Positions 26,016 through 38,365 of a stretch of 64,000 nucleotides of DNA are shown one piece after another. The translations under genes and the position numbers were made by a program. Position 1 is the first letter of the stretch. Each line of letters begins with the position of its first letter. This stretch comes from Octopus sinensis (Eukaryota): the NCBI RefSeq assembly GCF_006345805.1, contig NC_042997.1, forward strand, positions 31,062,001 through 31,126,000. Reading direction: 5' to 3'. Under the pieces are notes generated by a model. The model worked only from the letters and a program-made list of their open reading frames with translations. It had not been told where the DNA came from and did no database searches.

Positions 26016-26620
26016 GCTTTTCTCCATCTCTTTTTCTCTCTCTTTCTCTCGCTGTTTCTTCATCTCTCTCTATTTCTTCATCTCTCTCTCTATTTCTTCA
26101 TCTCTCTCTCTGTTTCTCCATCTCTCTCCATTTCTCTCTCTGTCTCTCCATTTCTTTCTCTCGCTCTTTCTCCACCTCTCTCTCTCTCTCTCAGTTTCCA
26201 TCTCTTTCTCTCGTTCTCCATCTCTCTCTCTCTCTCTCCCTCTCTCTCTATTCTTCTTATTTCTCCATCTCTTCATCTCTCTCATCCTATCTCCCCTCCC
26301 CTGCATCTTCCCATACCACTCTCTCAGAATCCTTTCAAACACCATTTCTTTCAATCCCTTTTCTCCCCTACTTTTCTGAAACATCATCTCCCCCACCCCC
26401 CACCCTCGCTTCTCACCTTATTAATCAGCTTTCTCACGGAATCTTTTACCTTCTTTTCCCTCCGTCTCTCACTCCCCTTACCCCCATATCACTAATCGCT
26501 CACACTGGCCTTTCTCTCTGTCCCGTTCTCCATCTCCTTTCTCCACTAATTCTCCCTAATCTGATAACTCTCCTTCCCTCTTTCCTTCATACTCTCCCTT
26601 CGCCCCTTTCTCTCTTCCCG
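25270..26620. repeat. ~1.3-kb polypyrimidine (CT-rich) tract with ~210-235-bp higher-order repeats
   Basis: CTCCCTTACTTTTTC(G/A)CCAT-type motif recurs near 25400, 25515, 25750 and 25960. Confidence 0.9.
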
Positions 26621-26824
26621 CTCTCCGTGCCTGTGTCCTACGCCTGTTACATTTTAATTACTTAATATTCCTCTCGTTCGTTCAAATTGTCAGTTGAAGT
26701 GCCCCTATCGCTTACAAAACAGAGGCTTACAAGCTGCACGTTTCCCTTACACCAGACAATACGAAAACCTCGTGTTTGTTTCTTTGTATGTGTCTATGTG
26801 AGCGAATGCGTATGTGATTATATA

Positions 26825-27230
26825 CTCTTTTTACTCTTTTACTTGTTTCAGTCATTTTGACTGCGGCCATGCTGGAACACCGCCTTTAGTCGAGCAAATC
26901 GACCCCGGGACTTATTCTTTGTAAGCCCAGTACTTATTCTATCGGTCTCTTTTGCCGAACCGCTAAGTTACTTGGACGTAAACACACCAGCATCGGTTGT
27001 CAAGCAATTCTAGGGGGACAAACACAGACACAACAAACACCACATATATACATCTATATATATAACATATACGACAGGCTTCTTTCAGTTTCCGTCTACC
27101 AAATCCACTCACAAGGCATTGGTCGGCCCGGGGCTATAGCAGAAGACACTTGCCCAAGATGCCACGCAGTGGGACTGAACCCGGAACCATGTGGTTGGTT
27201 AGCAAGCTACTTACCACACAGCCACTCCTA
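26825..27230 (-). mobile_element. SINE family B
   Basis: Full-length match to family B. Confidence 0.92.
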
Positions 27231-27450
27231 TGTTTGTATATAAATGTATGTATTCATGTATGCTTATTGGTATCTATATTTGTATATATATATGCATATG
27301 TGTGTGTATGTATTTATTTTACACACACATATATGTATTCATATGTATATCTTTCGAGCTTGTACATGTTTGTTTAAAAATGTGTGCACACCTCATTGTA
27401 TATACATTTATGCGGCTAACAACATGTGTATGTAATACATATATACACAC

Positions 27451-28037
27451 ATTCTTTTCTACTCTAGGCACAAGGCCCGAAAATTTTGGGAGAGGGAGCC
27501 AGTCGATTAGATCGACCCCAGTACACAACTCGTACTTAATTCATCGACCCCCGAAAGAATTAAAGGCAAAGTAGAGCTCGGCGGAATTTGAACTCAGAAC
27601 GTAAAGGCAGATGAAATACCTATTTCTTTACTACCCACAAGGGGCTAAACACAGAGAGGACAAACAAGCACACACAATCGGATTAAGTCGATTATATTGA
27701 CACCAGTGCGTAACTGGTACTTATTTAATCGACCCCAAAAGGATGAAAGGCAAAATCGACCTCGGCGGAATTTGAACTCAGAATGTAACGGCAGACGAAA
27801 TACCTATTTCTTTATTACCCACAAGGGGCTAAACACAGAGAGGACAAACAAGGACACACAATCGGATTAAGTCGATTATATTGACTCCAGTGCGTAACTG
27901 GTACTTATTTAATCGACCCCGAAAGGATGAAAGGCAAAGTCGATCTCGGCGGAATTTGAACTCAGAACGTAACGGCAGACGAAATACCGCTGAGCATTTC
28001 GCCCAGCGTGCTAACGACTCTGCCAGCTCGCCGCCTT
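27451..28037 (-). mobile_element. SINE family A, three-unit array (two young-tail units plus one alternative-tail unit)
   Basis: Single head at ~27985-28037; junctions AAATAGG|TATTTC at ~27620 and ~27803; the last unit ends CCTTGTGCCTAGAGTAGAAAAGAAT. Confidence 0.92.
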
Positions 28038-28092
28038 ACACATACAGACATATCGTTCGATGTATAAAACATCACTGAACCACTGCTGATGA

Positions 28093-28157
<65 letters not shown>

Positions 28158-28214
28158 CCTATCTATCTTGCTATCTGCCTGTCTGTCTATCATGCTGTGT
28201 AATATATATATGTG

Positions 28215-28554
28215 AGTGTATATCGATGAATACAGAGAGTTGCTTATTTGTTACCGCGGTCTTTTCCGTGGTCACCGTGGTCTTTTCCGTAGGCTTTTCT
28301 TTCCACGGGTAAACCTCACCTGTCTTCCCTTTTACACTTTACATTGACATTTCTGTGATAACGATTCCTATTGATCGATTTTTTCTTTTTCCCTTCCTTT
28401 TTACCACCCCCTTTTTTTTTGCTTTCCTCTTTCTTTCCTTTTACGATCCCTTTTGATCGAACACCAACCCACCTTTTTTTTATCTCCAAAAAGAAAAGCT
28501 TTACCTTGTAATTTGTCCCGTCTGTGTACAGCCCTGTGTGGCTAATAAAGAAAC
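28215..28554 (+). mobile_element. Probable LINE 3' UTR fragment ending in (TATC)n
   Basis: Pyrimidine-rich UTR-like sequence ending CCCTGTGTGGCTAATAAAGAAAC directly before (TATC)n; resembles the SINE-A tail. Confidence 0.5.
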
Positions 28555-28555
28555 A

Positions 28556-28644
<89 letters not shown>

Positions 28645-28661
28645 ATCTATCTATCTATCTA

Positions 28662-28702
<41 letters not shown>

Positions 28703-28703
28703 A

Positions 28704-28750
<47 letters not shown>

Positions 28751-29309
28751 TTAACCATATATATTTTCTATGAACCTGTTTGGATGTTCTATAGTGATAA
28801 AAACTACACTACATATGCTATAGAATTCATTCATTCACGCAGTAGTTGTTACTCCTACTTTTCTTTCTGTAATTTCTGATAAAGCACCAGTCATTTACTC
28901 GTTCTCATGCAATCGTATGGAAGCATTACATACACCAATAACGTTAGAGATCATTGTTATTCGTAGGAACTAATGGTAGATGTAGATGGCAGGAGTAAAA
29001 GAGCACCAATGAAACTTGCAGTGCTTATATATACGTTATGACTTCAAGACCCTTCGGGGCCGACGCTGCCTTTAATCCTTCTGTTATCGATAAAATAATA
29101 TATCACGGTTTCCATCCCAAAGCTGGAGTGCCTAATTATATTCCAGCCGATAGCGAAAGCAGTGTGGAACTAATTGCATTGCTGTGTGAAACTAATTCAC
29201 CTGTGGCTGGTTGTTTATTCTCCAAAGTCTTCCATTCCAACTGTTGTTGGCATCATTTGTTTTAGGAACCACACTCTTAGTCTATTGATTCTCATTTCCC
29301 TTCCTCTTG

Positions 29310-29377
<68 letters not shown>

Positions 29378-29378
<1 letters not shown>

Positions 29379-29581
29379 CATGTGACCTCGTGAGCACCGC
29401 CAGCAATTTTTTTTCCTCTGTCTTCCCTTCTCGGGATCTTTCCTTCTCCTTTGTTTCCGACGAAGAGCTCCGCTCGAAACGTTAAACCCTCCTTCTTCCC
29501 TTCTTTCCTGAGCGTCCAATAATACTTTATTTGTTCCACGTCCTCGCGTTGCTGTTTTTTTTAGTTTTCTTGTTTGGATTA

Positions 29582-29586
<5 letters not shown>
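29378..29586 (+). mobile_element. Short PLE-type 3' terminal repeat in (TA)n with hammerhead-like motif (29453-29487)
   Basis: GTTT-CCGACGA-A-GAGC-TCC-GCTC-GAAA-CG-TT-AAAC; (TA)n on both sides. Confidence 0.75.
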
Positions 29587-29623
<37 letters not shown>

Positions 29624-29765
29624 CATACTGTATACACACAGAGGCACACACACACACACACACATTTACATATATATATATTTAAATAATGAGGGAGATA
29701 AATTGAATATTAATTTAATTAATATCAATTTAAAACCAGTAGCCTAGCATATAAAAAATCTAATG

Positions 29766-29823
<58 letters not shown>

Positions 29824-29935
29824 GTATATATATGTATATATATGTATGTATATATATGTATATATATGTATATATATGTATATATATATATATAATATAT
29901 ATATATATGTATATATGTATATATATATGTATGTA

Positions 29936-29980
<45 letters not shown>

Positions 29981-30129
29981 TATATAATATGTATATATAT
30001 ATGTATATATATACGTACGTATGTATTTATGTATGTACGTATATATGTATGCATGCATGTATATATAAATGTATGACTGTATGTATTTCTTTTATTTTAT
30101 GTGTTTCATCTATGCAGCTGCGGTCATGC

Positions 30130-30880
30130 TGGAGCAGCACCGTGACTGTGTACCATTTCCACTGCATTCTTATGCCGTTGATTCCTTCTTCATGGTGGAG
30201 TTTCATCTCACCGCCTTTGCATTTGCTTTTGTCCTTGTTTGTTGGGTCATTTGATGTTTGAGGAACTTTGACACTGTCATCCTTGTCTGTACGTCATGCT
30301 GGGACTGTTGTTCTTTTGGTATCGTGTATAGAAAACTATCCAATTCCTATCTGAAGACATCCACATTGCATAGTTTTCTTAATTCTTTTGACAGAACATT
30401 GAAGAGCTGTAGGCCTTTGAACCCAGACTATTGCAGCATCTCGTCCTCACTTCAGATGAAGTGTAGCTGCTTTGGAACTACACAATGCCAAAGTTAGGTA
30501 TTAGCTCTTTCAGAATTTTCCACAAGTAAATTATTACACATTTCTCGAATCTTTGCTCCAAGGAATAAAATCGTAGTTTTTTCAGCCTCTCCCAATAGTC
30601 CATCAGCTACACTATGTTAATCTTTTCATTTTAGTAGCACTAGATCTTTTCAAGATCTGCTGTTAGTTTGACGCTATGTGGTGACCACAGCTGAGTGTAA
30701 TAGGCCAAGTGGTTAAGAACAAAGGTCTTCCACAGTGTCAGCATAACTTCTTGGCCTCTTGCCCTACCAAGTGTCTACATTTTTGTTGCCATCTTTGTAA
30801 TGTGCACATGAAATGGTACATCATAACACATACTGATCTCCAAATCTCTAAGTGGCTGCATTCATGGATTGCAGTGCTTT
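30130..30880 (-). mobile_element. Decayed CR1-like LINE 3' fragment
   Basis: Minus strand: PLRDLEISM..FHVHI, IIYLWKILKELIPNFGI, GFKGLQLFNVLSKELR...FR*ELDSFLYTIP. Confidence 0.75.
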
Positions 30881-30894
30881 TTGAGTCCTGTATA

Positions 30895-31208
30895 TGGCAG
30901 GCACTTTTACGACAACGAATGTTCCAGTTGTTCCGATGAAGAGAACAAGCTGCTGGTGAAATTAACGTGCAAGCACTCCATAGACATGCATACTCTTAAT
31001 GTAGTTCTCAGGGAGATTCAGTGCGACACAGAGTGTGACAAAACCAGCTCTTTCAAATACAGGTGCTAATCATTTTTGTTAGTTGAATTTGTTGTAGCAA
31101 TGTGGAATAAAGTGTGTTGCTCAAGGAAACCATGCCCCGTCGGGTATCGAACTCACGACCTTACGATCTTGAGCCGAAAACCTTAACTACTTATCCACCC
31201 AGCTTCAC
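30895..31208 (-). mobile_element. Old tRNA-headed SINE sharing its tail with 43981-44318
   Basis: Minus-strand GTTCGATACCCG B box; GCACGTTAATTTCAC...CAACTGGAAC tail. Confidence 0.7.
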
Positions 31209-31381
31209 AAATTTGAATAGATACAGTGCATATATGACTACAGTAGCCAACGTGTGAGTTCCTTTTGAAGACGGTATTGCGTGGTTTGAGGGAGGATTTC
31301 CTGTTATTCTTGACAATAATCTGACCGGTTAGAAGCTTCTTCGTTGGCTCATTATATTTTGAAATCCAATGGCGAATTTCT

Positions 31382-31797
31382 TATTTCTTTATTGCCCACA
31401 GGGGGATAAACATAGAAGGAGCAAACAAGCACAAACAAAGGGATTAAGTTGATTATATCGACCCCAGTGCGTAACTGGTACTTAATTTATCGACCCCGAA
31501 AGGATGAAAGGCAAAGTTGACCTCGGCGGAATTTGAACTCAGAACGTAACGGGAGACGAAATACCCGTTTCTTTATTACCCACAAGGGGCTAAACATAGA
31601 GAGGACAAACAAGGACAGATAAACGGATTAAGTTGATTATATCGACCCCAGTGCGTAACTGGTACTAATTTATCGACCCCGAAAGGATGAAAGGCAAAGT
31701 CGACCTCGGCAGAATTTGAACTCAGAACGTAACGGCAGACGAAATATCGCTAAGCACTTCACCCGGCGTGCTAACGTTTCTTCCAGCTCGCCGCCTT
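31382..31797 (-). mobile_element. SINE family A, two-unit array
   Basis: 14-bp TSD AATGGCGAATTTCT at 31368-31381 and 31798-31811 flanks the whole dimer. Confidence 0.93.
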
Positions 31798-32141
31798 AAT
31801 GGCGAATTTCTGTTGAAGAAAAACAAAAACGAAAGCGAAAAGGAATTGCCGAGGACTCTTCACAGAGTCATGGGCATTGTCTTCCATCCCGATTAAACGA
31901 CAGAAAGAAAGAAAAAAAGAACAAAACATCCGGCCACTAAATCATTAAGAGTGGTATCTTTGTTGATGAACAAAAGGAGTTCCTCACTTTAGCTCACATC
32001 TAGCTGACACTAAATGTTTAAAAAAACAAGGTCCTTGAAAAACAAATTTCCCCTTTTCATCTAAATCCATGAACTACTGCTACTACTACCACCACCACCA
32101 CCACCACCACCACCACCACCACCACCACCACCACCACCACC

Positions 32142-32190
<49 letters not shown>

Positions 32191-32689
32191 ATAATATAAT
32201 AATAATAAAATAATAAGAATAATAATAACAATAATGATGATGTGACAACATTGCTTCAGAGGTGGGGTTATATGTTGATGAAGATGATAATGATGGTGGT
32301 GGTGGGGGTGAGTGGGGGTGGGGTTGACTTGGATGAAGGCTGATGATGAGGATAATCGTGGTCGCATCATCAGTGACATTAGCAGTTCATAAGGAGATGA
32401 GATGATAAAATTCTGCGGGTTAGGTGGATTACTTAATCTAACAACTGTTTGGCGGTGAGGATCAAAAGAAACGCGAAGGAAAACCAAAAAGCCCCGGGGT
32501 GGAGAAAGGGTAGCTGATCAAGTAGAAATGGATGAAGGATAAATCCAATGTGAAGAAGAGGAACACGAGAGAAGAAATCGGAGAGGAAAGAGGTGAGATA
32601 GATAGATATAAGGATAGATCAATTAGTAGAAAAGATAGATTATGAGATAAAGAGATAGGTAAGCGATAGGCAGTTACGGTGTGTGAGAT

Positions 32690-32696
32690 ATGTATG

Positions 32697-32730
<34 letters not shown>

Positions 32731-33325
32731 TGTATGTATGTATGTATGTATGTATGTATGTATGTATGTATGTGTGTATGTATGTATGTATATGTGCATG
32801 TATGTGTGTATATATGTATGTATGTATGTGTGTATGTATGTGTGCATATATGTGTGTATATATGTGTGTATGTATGTATGTATGTATGTGTGTATGTATG
32901 TGTGTATGTATGTGTGTATGTATGTGTGTATATATGTATGTGTGCATGTATGTGTGTATATATGTGTGTATGTATATATGTATATATGTGTGCATGTATG
33001 TGTGTATATATGTGTGTATGTATGTATGTATGTGTGCATGTATGTGTGTATGTATGTGTGTATGTATGTATGCATGTATGTATGCATGTATGTATGTATG
33101 TTTGTATGTATGTATGTATGTATGTATGAATGTATGTATGAATGTATGTATGTATGTACGTATGTATGAATGTATGTGTGTGTGTATGCATGTATGTGTG
33201 CATGTATGTGTGTATATATGTGTGTATGTATGTATGTATGTATGTGTGCATGTATGCATGTATGTATGTATGTATGTTTGTATGTATGTATGTATGTATG
33301 TATGAATGTATGTATGTATGTATGT
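32690..33325. repeat. (TATG)n microsatellite
   Basis: Read directly from the sequence. Confidence 0.97.
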
Positions 33326-33435
33326 AAACATGTATAGATAGACAGGCAAATAGACAAGGGCAGATATATACGTGTGTGAGTCAGTGTGTGTGTGTTTTAC
33401 TTAAATACACATATAGATCTATATATATATCTATA

Positions 33436-33650
33436 TAACGGGAAGGTTTACGAAAATAAACAAAAGGCGAAGGCAGGTGGAGTACAAACAAACAAATGTA
33501 TTAGTATGGCGCTCAGGAATAGAAATAGAAAAAGTCTTTTACGTTTCGAGCCTACGCTCTTCGACGGAAAGATACACAGAAAGGAAACAAGGAGAGAAAC
33601 AAGGAGAGAAAAAATGCGTGTAGGAGCTAACGGTCTATCATGGCGTTCTG
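33436..33650 (-). mobile_element. Short PLE-type 3' terminal repeat with hammerhead-like motif (33535-33572)
   Basis: Minus strand TCTTT-CCGTCGA-A-GAGC-GTAG-GCTC-GAAA-CG-TA-AAAGA; homologous to the 3' end of the PLE at 21645-21875. Confidence 0.75.
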
Positions 33651-33881
33651 TATATCTATATCTATATATGTATATAGAGTGTGCATGTATGTGCATGAGA
33701 GAGGGAGAGAAAGAGAAAGGAAGAGAGAAAGAGAGGGTGGGAAAAGAGATACCGGAAGATGTTGGATACTGAAATGATAAGTGAAAAATGGAATGATACA
33801 CATAGATACGCACATGTATAAACACACCCATACACATACATATTCATGTATATACATACATACGTTACGTACTCACACACG

Positions 33882-33912
<31 letters not shown>

Positions 33913-34394
33913 ATTTTTTGCGTAATAAGATAAAAAAAACCAAGGCTGTCTATAGCACTTATTCAGCATTACCTGACACCTTTGGGTCTCAATGACACCA
34001 TTATCTCATATATATATATACTAAAATAATTAGATGTAACATCATAAACTTATGAGGGGTTATTCGAGCCTTGTTTATTGATAGTTGAGCACAATTTAAG
34101 ATTAAAAAATAGCAACGAACTCACTGACGTTAATGGAATTACGCAACTCACCGTTACCAAGCAAATGTTCCACCTTCATATCTCATGGCAAATTATCGGT
34201 TTTCCTAACAGTAGTTGAGTATACAGGCTTTGTTCAATGCATTATTGATACGTTATTTGCGTGTTACTCTTAACAGCATGTCGGAATAAAAATAGCAAAC
34301 ATAGAAGTCGTAGAAAATAATAGTTGTTATTTTTCAGCTTCGTTATCAACTCTGATTGACCGGTGCTATTATCATAATTATTTCAACTGTAACC

Positions 34395-34628
34395 TATTTC
34401 TTTACTACCCACAAGGGGCTAAACCCAGAGGGGACAAATAAGGACACACAAACGGATTAAGTCGATTACATCGACCCCAGTGCGTAACTGGTACTTAATT
34501 TATCGACCCCGAAAGGATGAAAGGCAAAGTCGACCTCGGCGGAATTTGAACTCAGAATATAATGGCAGACGAAATACGGCTACGCATTTCGCCCGGTGTG
34601 CTAACGTTTCTGCCAGCTCGCCACCTTT
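34395..34628 (-). mobile_element. SINE family A, full length
   Basis: 18-bp TSD ATTATTTCAACTGTAACC at 34377-34394 and 34629-34646. Confidence 0.95.
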
Positions 34629-35164
34629 ATTATTTCAACTGTAACCGTCCCGTGACTTAAAAGTGAGCCCTATTTTGAAAAAGGCAGGGTCTGATTGGGG
34701 GATGTGTTGGTTGCTGTTTCTAGTACATCGAGTGACAACTTATAGGCTTCATCGCCGACTCATTAACCAATTGTGAGTCCTTCGAGTAATTATTGTCTCT
34801 ACTTTTGGTACAAGTTAAGTAATTCTCGGAGGAGGGTTTCAGATGAACAACCCTTTGAATCCGCCAGGCCGGTTTTCTGTCCTAAGCGTATCGTAAATAT
34901 ACCCGTTAGGCCGCTGACTATTTAACCAAATAAAAGACCATTTTACATCGACCTTTAGGCTTCTATTCACGGCCAAACTTCCGGAAGGAAGCTTCGAGAA
35001 TTTTTTAGATTTAAATTACAGATTTTTGAGCATTTTTGTTTTACACGTTAAACTTCAGTTTTGAAGGTAGAAGTGAAAATAAAATAAACAACATGAAATA
35101 GGTATTTTATTTGTTTATCATAACAACAAAAAAAACCAGCAGATGAATAAAAATAAATCATAAC

Positions 35165-36276
35165 TGGTCGAAGGTAAAGAATACGTACACCCGGTGTTTA
35201 GAGTATGTATGTTTGTATGTTTGTATGTATGTATGTATGTATGTATGTATGTTTGTATGTATGTATGTATGTATGTATGTATGTATGTATGTATGTATGT
35301 ATGTATGTATGTATGTATGTTTGTATGTATGTATGTATGTATGTATGTATGTATGTATGTATGTTTGTATGTATGTATGTATGTATGTTTGTATGTATGT
35401 ATGTATGTATGTTTGTATGTATATTATGTATGTTTGTATGTATGTATGTATGTTTGTATGTATGTATGTAGTATGCATGTATGTATGTCATGTATGTATG
35501 TTTGTATGTATGTATGTATGTATGTATGTTTGTATGTATGTATGTAGTATGTATGTATGTATGTATGTATTTAATGTATGTATGTTATGTATGAATGTAT
35601 GTATGTGTATTATGTATGTATGTAGTGTATGTTTGTATGTATGTATGTATGTTTGTATGTATGTATGTATGTATTTGTATGTTTGTATGTATGTATGTAT
35701 GTATGTATGTATGTATGTATGTTGTATGTATGTATGTCATATGTATGTATGTATGTATGTATGTATGAATGTATGTATGTATGAATGTATGTATGTATGT
35801 ATGTATGTATGTATGTATGTATGTATGTATGTTTGTATGTATGTATGTATGTATTTTGTATGTATGTATGTATGTATGTTTGTATGTATGTATGTATGTA
35901 TGTATGGTATGTATGGTATGAATGTATGTATGTATGAATGTATTATGTATGTATGTTTGTATGTATGTATGTAATGTATGTATGTTTGTAATGTATGGTA
36001 TATGTATGTATGTATGTTTGTTGTATGTATGTATGTTTGTATGTATGTATGTATGTTTGTATGTATGTATGTATGTATGTGTGTATGTATGTATGTATGT
36101 CTGTATGTATGTATGTATGTATGTATGTATGTATGTATGTATGTATGTATGTATGTATGTATGTTAGGATTTAAGGTTGGGGTTAGGGTTGGGTTCAGGG
36201 TTAGGGTTAGGGTTTAGGTTTAGGTTTAGGGTTACGCGGAAAAAAGGGTGGTGTGCGTATTCTTTACTTTCGCCCG
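35165..36276. mobile_element. TIR-bounded element filled with (TATG)n and TTAGGG-like repeats
   Basis: TIRs TGGTCGAAGGTAAAGAATACGTACACC / GGTGTGCGTATTCTTTACTTTCGCCCG; TAAC on both sides (35161-35164 and 36277-36280). Confidence 0.75.
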
Positions 36277-36432
36277 TAACTGAATTTTTTGCAAATTTTC
36301 ACTGGGAGCTCGGGGTGGAGGTCATGTCATGTTGGGTCCATAGGGTTCAAAGGGTTAAAGAACCTGGGTTCTCATTCTTAAGGTATTTTTCGAAGTTATT
36401 ACGCCGAGTTCGATTTCAAGCAGTGACCTGAC

Positions 36433-36490
<58 letters not shown>

Positions 36491-36491
<1 letters not shown>

Positions 36492-37048
36492 TAAATTGCC
36501 CTGATGCAGTACCAGGCAGTGGCTCTCATGGCTTCTCATCTTAACTGATTGGAAGTGTTATCATGTACATTGTTTTGTCTTGGTATAAAAGATGGGCTAC
36601 AGCAAATATTCTGCTCAATACCACAGATTTGCTTGTCAGTTGTTTGACCTTAACCAGTTGAGCATGTCCCTTAGTGGCTGACGATATGTGCATCTCTGAT
36701 CACGAGCAGAAGTAGTGGGGGAGCATCATAGCCATGTGTTGAGAAGGATTCTTTGGGGTTTGAATATTCACCTTTGGAAACATGGGTGGTTCTTTCAACA
36801 TCCTTAAACCCCTTATTCAGGGACATTTTGAGCGGGATGGGCTACTCAACCTGAAGAAAATTCTAACTGGGCCCCACCTGCAAGGTCATGTGCTGTTTAT
36901 CTTGATATGAGATCACCATGTCGCGCACATATGGTTGTGATGCATGTGCCTGGTGTACCCTTATCAGACGGGTAGTCATGATGGGTATATTGGGCTTCGT
37001 ATATTTTACCCCAGTGTCACTTTGATGGTATGAACTGCTCTCTCACTC
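36491..37048. mobile_element. ~560-bp non-coding element inserted in a (TAA)n tract
   Basis: Complex sequence with sharp boundaries and (TAA)n on both sides; no ORF. Confidence 0.6.
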
Positions 37049-37054
37049 AATAAT

Positions 37055-37085
<31 letters not shown>

Positions 37086-37949
37086 GATAATAACAATAAC
37101 AACAACAACAACAACATCGAAAAATACCTTAGGAATGAGAACCCAGGTTCGAAGGGTGGAGAGTATATCAGCCGAAACGTTGTGTTAACAACAAACAAGA
37201 TGAAGATAAATGCCCGTCAAATGTAAGTAATGGAAATACTGTACATAATTCCTCATCTCTCAAATATAGAACTCTAAACACCGCAAGGTATTTTCCGACG
37301 CTCCAACGATTCTGCTAACTGGAAGAGAGATACAGAAAAATGTTGGACATTGAAATGATAAATGAAAAATGGAATGATACACATAGACACACATATGTAT
37401 AAACATACTTTTTAGCACAAGGCCAGCAATTAGGAAGTGTGATAGTTACTCAATAGCATCGATCCCAATAATTGATTGGAACTTCAGAAGGAAGAAAGCA
37501 AAATTGAGCTCTGCAGAATTTGGACTCAGAACCTAATGGGTCGGAAGAAAGTTTGTCCGATATACTAACGATTCTGCTTGGTAGCTGGTGTAGAAGGCAT
37601 TAGGACAGTGATTTAGAGGTGGGGGGATTAGTCGATTATGTTGATCCTAATACATGAGAAGTACTTTATTTTATCGATTCCGGTGAGAATAAAAAGTATG
37701 AGTTTACCTCTGTGGAATTTGAACCCAGAAAGTAAAAACCAGGGAAAAGTAACACAACATATTTTTTTTGGTGCCTTAACGATTCTTCCAGTTCATCACC
37801 CTTCCTTCAATGATTTGCGCAATACTGATGATGACGATGATGGTGATGATGATTATGATGGTGATAATGATGATGATGATTATGATGATGATGATTGAAC
37901 TACTTGTAGTACTCACCTTATGGTATTTTTTTTGTATCGATCCGGAATG

Positions 37950-38365
37950 AAAAGCTACATTGATTTGAGAGAAATTTCTAATCAGAACTTAAATATAAAC
38001 GGCAAACAATTTACTCTAGTCGTTCTAGCGTTTTGACCAATACCTGCACTTAATTTCGAAAACCGTTTTAAAATCTATCCAGAAAATGATGAAAAACAAC
38101 ATTGACTTCAGCGAGGTTTCAAATTAGAACTTAAATATGAACGGTAAACCGCTTACTTAGCCGCTCTAGCGTTTTGACCAATATTGCACTTAATTTTTAA
38201 AACCCTTTTAAAATCTGACAAGAAAATGATGAAAAAGCAATATTGACTTCAGCGAGGTTTCAAATAACAACTTAAATATGAACGGGAAACCGTTTACTGT
38301 AGTCACTCAAGCGTTTGGCCAATAGCTGCTCTTAATCATAAAAATCATTTTAAAATCTGACAAAT
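37950..38365. repeat. Tandem repeat, ~141 bp x 3
   Basis: A(C/T)ATTGA(T/C)TT...AACTTAAATAT...TTTTAAAATCT units starting near 37958, 38099 and 38240. Confidence 0.9.

Noticed and set aside
25297-26665. 360-435-aa Ser/Leu/Phe-rich ORFs (and the 56918-58127 Glu/Arg/Lys-rich ORFs)
   Set aside because: Polypyrimidine tracts cannot encode stop codons; all frames are open and there is no domain signature.
27451-28037. Regularly spaced repeats superficially like a CRISPR array (also 60191-60763)
   Set aside because: Units are ~180-bp near-identical SINE bodies with no unique spacers, in a eukaryotic context with no cas genes.
36162-36234. True telomere or chromosome-fusion scar
   Set aside because: It is short, degenerate, in a single orientation and enclosed by TIRs, so it is better explained as element cargo.
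36940-37030. Twister-like ribozyme in the TAA-embedded element (TGACACTG...GAAGCCC on the minus strand)
   Set aside because: I could not find the P1/P2 complementary strands or the pseudoknot pairings.
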